DNA of 10,862 nt from Alphaproteobacteria bacterium (lineage in GTDB: Bacteria; Pseudomonadota; Alphaproteobacteria; GCA-2731375). The stretch covers positions 1-10,862 of the forward strand of contig CBDDPY010000004.1 of assembly GCA_965232515.1 (NCBI GenBank). Direction: 5' to 3'. Shown in pieces: positions 1 through 9,349 of this stretch. The notes under the pieces are model-generated. The model had not been told where the DNA came from and did not search any database. It was given only the letters and a program-made list of their open reading frames with translations. The position numbers and the translations under genes were made by a program. Every line of letters begins with the position of its first letter. Within the stretch, counting starts at the first letter, position 1.

Positions 1-761
1 TTTTAACCCTATCTTAGGCTTCATCTTGAAATCTCCAAGAAAGCTTTCTTGACCCTATCTTGGCCACATCTTGGGCTTCATCTTGAAATCTCTAGGCCAA
101 AGATTTCACCAAGAAAGCTTTCTTGACCCTATCTGAGCCACGTCTTGGGCTTCATCTTGTAATTATCTTGAAATCTCCAGGCTAGAAATTTCACCAAGAA
201 AGCTTTTTTAACCCTATCTTGGCCACATCTTGGGCTTCATCTTGAAATCTCTAGGCTAGAGATTTCACCAAGAAAGCTTTCTTGACCCTATCTTGGCCAC
301 ATCATGGGCTTCATCTTAAAAATCTCTAGGTTACAGGTTGCACCAAGAAAGCTTTTTTGACCCTATCTTGGCCACATCTTGGGCTTCATCTTAAAATCTC
401 TAGGTTAGGAATTTCACCAAGAAAGCTTTTTTGACCTTATCTTGGCCACATCTTGGGCTTCATCTTAAAATCTCTAGGTTAGAGATTTCACCAAGAAAGC
501 TTTTTGGACCCTATCTTGGCCACATCTTGGACTTCATCTTCAAATCTCTAGGCTAGAGATTTCACCAAGAAAGCTTTTTTGACCCTATCTTGGCCACATC
601 TTGGGCTTCATCTTGAAATCTCTAGGCTAGAGATTTTACTAAGAAAACCTTCTTGAGCCTATCTTGGCCACATCTTTAACTTCATCTTGAAATTCTAGGT
701 TAGAGATTTCACCAAGAAAGCTTTTTTGACCCTATCTTGGCCACAACTTGGGCTTCATCTT
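1..761 (+). repeat. Partial HOR copy at the left edge
   Basis: Constant offset of 9322 to the complete unit at six markers: 28/9350, 131/9453, 331/9653, 631/9953, 671/9993, 741/10063. Confidence 0.9.
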
Positions 762-2983
762 GAAATCTCTAGGCTAGAGATTTCACCAAGAAAGCTTTCT
801 TGACTCTATCTTAGCCACGTCTTGGGCTTCATCTTGAAATGATTTCGCCACAAAAGTTTTCTTGACCCTTTCTTGGCCACGTCTTGGGCTTCATCTTGAA
901 ATTTCTAGGCTAGAGATTTCACCAAGAAAGCTTTCTTGACCCTATCTTAGCCACATCTTGGGCTTCATCTTGAAATCCCTAGGCTAGAGATTTCACCAAG
1001 AAAGCTTTCTTGAGCCTATCTTGGCCACATCTTGGGCTTCATCTTGAAATCTCTAGGCTAGAGATTTCACCAAGAAAGCTTTTTTTGACCCTATCTTGGC
1101 CACATCTTGGGCTTCAGCGGAAAATGTCTAGGCTAGCGAGTCCACCAAGAAAACTTTTTTGACCCTATGTTGGCCACATCTTGGACTTCATCTTCTTGAC
1201 CCTATCTTAGCCACGTCTTGGGCATCATCTTGAAATCTCTAGGTTCAAGATTTCACCAAAAAAGCTTTTTTGATCTTCGGCTTCATCTTGAAATCTCTAG
1301 GCTAGAGATTTCACCAAGAAAGCTTTCTTGACTCTATCTTAGCCACGTCTTGGGCTTCATCTTGAAATGATTTCGCCACAAAAGTTTTCTTGACCCTTTC
1401 TTGGCCACGTCTTGGGCTTCATCTTGAAATTTCTAGGCTAGAGATTTCACCAAGAAAGCTTTCTTGACCCTATCTTAGCCATGTCTTGGGCTTCATCTTG
1501 AAACCTCTAGGCTAGAGATTTCACCAAGAAAGCCTTCTTGACCCTATCTTGGCCACATCTTGGGCTTCATCTTGAAATCTCTAGGCTAGAGATTTCACCA
1601 AGAAAGCTTTCTTGGCCACATCTTGGGCTTCATCTTGAAATCTCTAGGCTAGAGATTTTGGGCTTCATCTTGAAATCTCTAGGCTAGAGATTTCACCAAG
1701 AAAGCTGCCTTGGCCCTATCTTGGCCACATCTGGGGCTTCATCTTGAAATCTCTAGGCCAGGGATTTCACTGATAAAGCTTTCTTGAGCCCATTTGGGCC
1801 ACATCTGGGGCTTCATCTCGAATTCTCTAGGCTAGAGATTTCACCAAGAACGCTTTCTTGACCCTATCTTGACCACATCCTGAGCTTCATCTTGAAATCT
1901 CTAGGCTAGAGATTTCACCAAGAAAGCTTTCTTGAGCCTATCTTGGCAACATCTTGGGCTTCATCTTGAAATCTCTAGGCTAGAGGTTTCACCAAGAAAG
2001 CTTTCTTGACCCTATCTTGGCCACATGTTGGGCTTCGTCTCGATATCCCTAAGCTAGAGATTTCACCAAGAACGCTTTCTTGACCCTATCTTGGGTTTCA
2101 TCTTGAAATAAATCTCTAGGCTAGAGATTTCACCCAGAAAGCTTTCTTGACCCTATCTTGGCCACATCTTGGGCTTCATCTTGAAGTCTCTAGGCTAGAG
2201 TTTTCACTAAGAAAGCTTTCTTGACCCTATCTTGGCCACATCTTAGGCTTCATCTTGAAATCTCTAGGCGAGAGATTTCACCAAGAAAGCTTTCTTGACC
2301 CTATCTTGGCCACATCTTGGGCTTCATCTTGAAATCTCTAGGCTAGAGATTTCACCAAAAAAGCTTTCTTGACCCTATCTTGGCCACATCTTGGGCTTCA
2401 TCTTGAAATCTCTAGGCTAGAGATTTCACCCAGAAAGCTTTCTTGACCCTATCTTGGCCACATCTTGGGTTTCATCTTGAAATCTCTAGGCTAGAGATTT
2501 CACCAAGAACGCTTTCTTGACCCTATCTTGGCCACATCTTGGGCTTCATCTTGAAATCTCTAGGCTAGAGTTTTCACTAAGAAAGCTTTCTTGACCCTAT
2601 CTTGGCCACATCTTGGGCTTCATCTTGAAATCTCTAGGCTAGAGATTTCACCAAGAAAGCTTTCTTGATCCTATCTTGGCCACATGTTGAAATCTCTAGG
2701 CTAGAGATTTCACCAAGAAAGCTTTCTTCACCCTATCTTGGCCACATCTTGGGCTTCATCTTGAAATCTCTAGGCTAGAGATTTCACCAAGAAAGCTTTC
2801 TTGACCCTATCTTGGCCACATCTTGGGCTTCATCTTGAAATCTCTAGGCTAGAGATTTCACCAAGAAAGCTGTCTTGACCCTATCTTGGCCACATCTTGG
2901 GCTTCATCTTGAAATCTCTAAGCTGGAGATTTCACCAAGAAAGCTTTCTTGACCCTATCTTGGCCACATGTTGGGTTTCATCT

Positions 2984-3008
2984 TGAAATCTCTAGGCTAG
3001 AGATTTCA
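2984..3008. other. Palindrome 1 of the monomer (example copy): 12-bp arms around a single G; potential hairpin or cruciform
   Basis: TGAAATCTCTAG-G-CTAGAGATTTCA; the arms are exact reverse complements (11-bp stem with GGC loop). Present in most monomers. Confidence 0.95.
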
Positions 3009-3058
3009 CCAAGAAAGCTTTCTTGACCCTATCTTGGCCACATCTTGGGCTTCATCTT
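2985..3058 (+). repeat. Representative exact consensus monomer (74 bp)
   Basis: Read directly: gaaatctcta ggctagagat ttcaccaaga aagctttctt gaccctatct tggccacatc ttgggcttca tctt; 32 of 74 bases are G+C. Confidence 0.97.
3010..3025. other. Palindrome 2 of the monomer (example copy): perfect 16-bp palindrome centred on a HindIII site
   Basis: CAAGAAAGCTTTCTTG is its own reverse complement. It extends to 18 bp (CCAAG...CTTGG) in the TCTTGGCCC variants, e.g. ~3305-3322. Confidence 0.95.
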
Positions 3059-3059
3059 G
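3021..3059 (+). repeat. Internal sub-repeats of the monomer (example copy): four TCTTG at 11, 11 and 12 bp spacing
   Basis: tcttg-acccta-tcttg-gccaca-tcttg-ggcttca-tcttg. Confidence 0.9.
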
Positions 3060-5127
3060 AAATCTCTAGGCTAGAGATTTCACCAAGAAAGCTTTCTTGA
3101 CCCTATCTTGGCCACATCTTGGGCTTCATGTTGAAATCTCTAGGCTAGAGATTGAACCAAAAACGCTTTCTTGACCCTATCTTGGCCACATGTTGGGCTT
3201 CATCTCGAAATCCCTAGGCTAGAGATTGCACCAAGAACGCTTTCTTGACCCTATCTTGGCCACATCTTGGGCTTCATCTTGAAATCTCTAGGCTGGAGAT
3301 TTCACCAAGAAAGCTTTCTTGGCCCTATCTTGACCACATCCTGGGCTTCATCTTGAAATCTCTAGGCTAGAGATTTCACCCAGAAAGCTTTCTTGGCCCT
3401 ATCTTGGCCACATCTTGGGCTTCATCTTGAAATCTCTAGGCTAGAGATTTGACGAAGAAATCTTTCTTGAGCCTATCTTGGCCACATCTTGGGCTTCATC
3501 TTGAAATCTCTAGGCTAGAGATTTCACCAAGAAAGCTTTCTTGAGCCTATCTTGGCCACATCTTAGGCTTCATCTCCCCAGGCTAGAGAGTTCACCAAGA
3601 AAGCTTTCTTGGCCACATCTTGGGCTTCATCTTGAAATCTCTAGGCTAGAGATTTCACCAAGAAAGCTTTCTTGGCCCTATCTTGACCACATCCTGGGCT
3701 TCATCTTGAAATCTCTAGGCTAGAAGATATCACCAAGAAAGCTTTCTTGGCCCTATCTTGACCACATCCTGGGCTTCATCTTGAAATCTCTAGGCTAGAG
3801 ATTTCACCAAGGAAGCTTTCTTGATCCTATCTTGGCCACATCTTGGGCTTCATCTTGAAATCTCTAGGTTAAAGATTTCACCAAGAAAGCTTTCTTGACC
3901 CTATCTTGGCCACATCCTGGGCTTCATCTTGAATATTCTAGGCTAGAGATTTCACCACGAAAGCTTTCTTGACCCTATCTTGGCCACATCTTGGGCTTCA
4001 TCTTGAAATCTCTAGGTTAGAGATTTCACCAAGAAAGCTTTTTTAACCCTATCTTGGCCACGTCTTGGGCTTCATCTTGACTAGAGATTTCACCAAGAAA
4101 GCTTTCTTGACCCTATCTTGGCCACATCTTGGGCTTCATCTTGAAATCTCTAGGCTAGAGATTTCACCAAGAAAGCTTTCTTGACCCTATCTTGGCCACA
4201 TCTTGGGCTTCATCTTGAAATCTCTAGGCTAGAGAATTCACCAAGAAAGCTTTCTTGACCCTATCTTGGCCACATCTTGGGCTTCATCTTGAAATCTCTA
4301 GGCTAGAGATTTCACCAGGGAAGCTTTCTTGACCCTTTCTTGGCCACATCTTGGGCTTCATCTTGAAATCCCTAGGCTGGAGATTTCACCAAGAACGCTT
4401 TCTTGGCCACATCTTGGGCTTCATCTTGAAATCTCTAGGCTAGAGATTTCACCAAGAAAGCTTTCTTGACCCTATCTTGGCCACATCTTGGGTTTCATCT
4501 TGAAATCTCTAGGCTAGAGATTTCACCAAAAAAGCTTTCTTGACCCTATCTTGGCCACATCTTGGGCTTCATCTTGAAATCTCTAGGCTAGAGATTTCAC
4601 CAAGAAAGCTTTCTTGACCCTATCTTGGCCACATCTTGGGCTTCATCTTGAAATCTCTAGGCTGGAGATTTCACCAAGAAAGCTTTCTTGGCCCTATCTT
4701 GACCACATCCTGGGCTTCATCTTGAAATCTCTAGGCTGGAGATTTCACCCAGAAAGCTTTCTTGGCCCTATCTTGGCCACATCTTGGGCTTCATCTTGAA
4801 ATCTTTAGGCTAGAGATTTCACCAAGAAAGCTTTTTTGACCCTATCTTGGCCACATCTTGGGCTTCATCTTGAAATCTCTAGGCTAGAGATTTCGCCAAG
4901 AAAGCTTTCTTGACCCTATCTTGGCCACATCTTGGGCTTCATCTTGACTAGAGATTTCACCAAGAAATCTTTCTTGACCCTATCTTGGCCACATCTTGGG
5001 CTTCATCTTGAAATCTCTAGGCTAGAGATTTCACCAAGAAAGCTTTCTTGACCCTATCTTGGCCACATCTTGGGCTTCATCTTGAAATCTCTAGGCTAGA
5101 GAATTCACCAAGAAAGCTTTCTTGACC

Positions 5128-5667
5128 CTATCTTGGCCACATCTTGGGCTTCATCTTGAAATCTCTAGGCTAGAGATTTCACCAAGAAAGCTTTCTTGAC
5201 CCTATCTTGGCCACATCTTGGGCTTCATCTTGAAATCTCTAGGTTAGGGATTTCACCAAGAAAGCTTTCTTGAGCCTATCTTGGCCACATCTTGGGCTTC
5301 ATCTTAAAATCATCTTGAAATCTATCTCTAGGCTAGAGATTTCACCAAGAAAGCTTTTTCGAGCCTATCTTGGCCACATCTTGGGCTTCATCTTGAAATC
5401 TCTAGGCTAGAGATTTCACCAAGAAAGCTTTCTTGACCCTATCTTGGCCACATCTTGGGCTTCATCTTGAAATCTCTAGGTTAGGGATTTCACCAAGAAA
5501 GCTTTCTTGAGCCTATCTTGGCCACATCTTGGGCTTCATCTTGAAATCATCTTGAAATCTATCTCTAGGCTAGAGATTTCACCAAGAAAGCTTTTTCGAG
5601 CCTATCTTGGCCACATCTTGGGCTTCATCTTGAAATCTCTAGGCTAGAGATTTCACCAAGAAAGCTT
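5128..5667 (+). repeat. Local tandem duplication of a 237-bp trimer (3x74+15)
   Basis: ggttaggga 5242/5479, tctatctcta 5321/5558, and tttttcgagcc in both copies. Confidence 0.85.
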
Positions 5668-8466
5668 TTGACCCTATCTTGGCCACATCTTGGGCTTCAT
5701 CTGAAAATTTCTAGGCTAGAGATTTTACCAAGAAAACTTTCTTGAGCCTATCTTGGCCACATCTTGGACTTCATCTTCAAATCTCTAGGCTAGAGATTTC
5801 ACCAAGAAAGCTTTTTTGACCCTATCTTGGCCACATCTTGGGCTTCATCTTGAAATCTCTAGGTTAGAGATTTCACCAAGAAAGCTTTTTTGAGCCTATC
5901 TTGGCCACATCTTGGGCTTCATCTTGAAATCTCTAGGCTAGAGATTTCACCAAGAAAGCTTTCTTGAGCCTATCTTGGCCACATCTTGGGCTTCATCTTG
6001 AAATCTCTAGGCTGGAGATTTCACCAAGAAAGCTTTCTTGACCCTATCTTAGCCACGTCTTGGGCTTCATCTTGAAATGATTTCGCCACAAAAGTTTCTT
6101 GACCCTATCTTGGCCACATCTTGGGCTTCATCTTGAAATCTCTAGGCTAGAGATTTCACCAAGAAAGCTTTCTTGACCCTATCTTTTAGCCACGTCTTGG
6201 GCTTCATCTTGAAATCTCTAGGCTAGAGATTTCACCAAGAAAGCTTTTTTGACCCTACCTTGGCCACATCTTGGGCTTCATCTTGAAATCTCTAGGCTAG
6301 AGATTTCACCAAGAAAGCTTTCTTGAGCCTATCTTGGCCACATCTTGGGCTTCATCTTGAAATCTCTAGGTTAGAAATTTCATCAAGAAAGCTTTCTTGA
6401 CCCTATCTTGGCATCTTGGCCACATCTTGGGCTTCATCTTGAAATCTCTAGGCCAAAGATTTCACCAAGAAAGCTTTCTTGAGCCTATCTTTGCCACGTC
6501 TTGGGCTTCATCTTGAAATCTCTAGGTTAGAGATTTCACCAAGAAAGCTGCCTTGGCCCTATCTTGGCCACATCTTGGGCTTCATCTTGAAATCTCTAGG
6601 CTAGAGATTTCACCAAGAAAGCTTTCTTGACCCTATCTTGGCCACATCTTGGACTTCATCTTGAAATCTCTAGGTTAGAGATTTCATCAAGAAAGCTTTT
6701 TTTACCCTATCTTGGCCACATCTTGGGCTTCATCTTGAAATCTCTAGGCTAGAGATTTCATCAAGAAAACTTGCTTGACCCTGTCTTGGCCACATCTTTT
6801 GGGCTTCATCTTGATCTCTAGGCTAGAGATTTCACCAAGAAAGCTTTCTTGACCCTATCTTGGCCACATGTTGGGCTTCATCTCGATATCCCTAGGCTAG
6901 AGATTTCACCAAGAACGCTTTCTTGACCCTATCTTGGCCACGTCTTGGGTTTCGTCTTGAAATCTGTAGGCTTCATCTTGAAATCTCTAGGCTAGAGATT
7001 TCACCAAGAAAGCTTTCTTGGCCCTATCTTGGCCACATCTTGGGCTTCATCTTGAAGTCTCTAGGCTAGAGATTTCACCAAGAAAGCTTTTTTGACCCTA
7101 TCTTGGCCACATCTTGGGCTTCATCTTGAAATCTCTAGGCTAGAGATTTCACCAAGAAAGCTTTCTTGAGCTTATCTTGGCCACATCTTGGGCTTCATCT
7201 TGAAGCCTCTAGGCTAGAGATTTCACCAAGAAAGCTTTTTTGACCCTATCTTGGCCACATCTTGGCCTTCATCTTGAAATCATCTTGAAATCTATCTCTA
7301 GGCTAGAGATTTCACCAAGAAAGCTTTCTTGACCCTATCTTGGCCACATCTTGGGCTTCATCTTGAAATCTCTAGGTTAGAGATTTCACCAAGAAAGCTT
7401 TTTTAACCCTATCTTGGCCACATCTTGGGCTTCATCTTGAAATCTCTCGGCTAGAGATTTCACCAAGAAAGCTTTCTTGAGCCTATCTTGGCCATATCTT
7501 GGGCTTCATCTTGAAATCTCTAGGCTAGAGATTTCACCAAGAAAGCTTTTTTGACCCTATCTTGGCCACATCTTGGCCTTCATCTTGAAATCTCTAGGTT
7601 AGAGATTTCACCAAGAAAGCTTTCTTGAGTCTATGTTGGCCACATCTTGCGCTTCATCTTGAAATTTCTAGGGTAGAGATTGTGCCAAGAAAGCTTTCTT
7701 GAGCCTATCTTGGCCACATCTTGGGCTTCATCTTGATCTCTAGGCTAGAGATTTCACCAAGAAAGCTTTCTTGAGCCTATCTTGGCCACATCTTGGGCTT
7801 CATCTTGAAATTATCTTGAAATCTCCAGGCTAGAGATTTCACCAAGAAAGCTTTCTTGACCCTATCTTGGCCAACGTCTTGGGCTTCATCTTGAAATCTC
7901 TAGGCTAGAGATTTCACCAAGAAAGCTTTCTTGACCCTATCTGAGCCACGTCTTGGGCTTCATCTTGTAATTATCTTGAAATTTCTAGGCTAGAGATTTC
8001 ACCAAGAATGCTTTTTTATTCCTATCTGGGCCACATCTTGGGCTTCATCTTGATCTTTAGGCTAGAGATTTCACCAAGAAAGCTTTTTTAACCCTATCTT
8101 GGCCATATCTTGGGCTTCATCTTGATCTCTAGGCTAGAGATTTCACCAGGAAAGCTTTCTTGGGTCTATCTTGGCCACATCTTGGGCTTTAACTAAAAAT
8201 AGAGATTTCACCAAGAAAGCTTTCTTGAGCCTATCTTGGCCACATCTTGGGCTTCATCTTGAAATCTCTCGGCTAGAGATTTCACCAAGAAAGCTTTTTG
8301 ACCCTATCTTGGCCACATCTTGGGCTTCATCTTGAAATCTCTAGGTTAGAAATTTCACCGAGAAAACTTTTTTGACCCTATCTTGGCCACGTCTTGGGCA
8401 TCATCTTGAAATCTCTAGGTTAGGAATTTCACCAAGAAAGCTTTTTTGAGCCTATCTTGGCCACAT

Positions 8467-8912
8467 CTTGGGCTTCATCTTAAAATCTCTAGGTTAGGAA
8501 TTTCACCAAGAAAGTTTTTTTGAACGTATCTTGGCCACATCTTGGGCTTCATCTTGAAATCTCTAGGTTAGAGGTTGCGCCAAGAAAGCTTTTTTGACCC
8601 TATCTTGGCCACATCTTGGGCTTCATCTTGAAATCTCTAGGTTAGGGATTTCACCAAGAAAGCTTTCTTGACCCTATCTTGGCCACATCTTGGGCTTCAT
8701 CTTGAAATCTCTAGGCTAGAGATTTCACCAAGAAAGCTTTTTTAACCCTATCTTAGGCTTCATCTTGAAATCTCCAAGAAAGCTTTCTTGACCCTATCTT
8801 GGCCACATCTTGGGCTTCATCTTGAAATCTCTAGGCCAAAGATTTCACCAAGAAAGCTTTCTTGACCCTATCTGAGCCACGTCTTGGGCTTCATCTTGTA
8901 ATTATCTTGAAA
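8467..8912 (+). repeat. Partial HOR copy (end of one unit plus start of the next)
   Basis: Constant offset of 1602 to 10069-10514: gaggttgcgc 8571/10173, ttttaaccctatcttaggc 8740/10342, gaaatctccaag 8767/10369. Confidence 0.85.
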
Positions 8913-9349
8913 TTTCTAGGCTAGAGATTTCACCAAGAATGCTTTTTTATTCCTATCTGGGCCACATCTTGGGCTTCATCTTGATCTTTAGGCTAGAGAT
9001 TTCACCAAGAAAGCTTTTTTAACCCTATCTTGGCCATATCTTGGGCTTCATCTTGATCTCTAGGCTAGAGATTTCACCAGGAAAGCTTTCTTGGGTCTAT
9101 CTTGGCCACATCTTGGGCTTTATCTTGAAATCTCTAGGCTAGAGATTTCACCAAGAAAGCTTTCTTGAGCCTATCTTGGCCACATCTTGGGCTTCATCTT
9201 GAAATCTCTAGGCTAGAGATTTCACCAAGAAAGCTTTCTTGACCCTATCTTGGCCACATCTTGGGCTTCATCTTCAAAATCTCTAGGTTACAGGTTGCAC
9301 CAAGAAAGCTTTTTTGACCCTATCTTGGCCACATCTTGGGCTTCATCTT

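Noticed and set aside
3010-3025. Heat-shock element or intrinsic terminator
   Set aside because: GAA and TTC are separated by 4 nt, not the 2 nt of nGAAnnTTCn. The T-runs lie inside the palindrome arm rather than after a GC-rich stem, and no gene is adjacent.
3541-3723. 60-aa ORF from the ORF track
   Set aside because: It is a translation of the satellite with a TTG start. The 74-bp unit is not a multiple of 3 and has + strand stops in all three frames. The ORF stays open only through chance TGA>TGG variants and deletions.
4614-4799. 61-aa ORF from the ORF track
   Set aside because: Same reason: a TTG start, with the frame opened by TGA>TGG and TAG>TGG variants. No coding signal.
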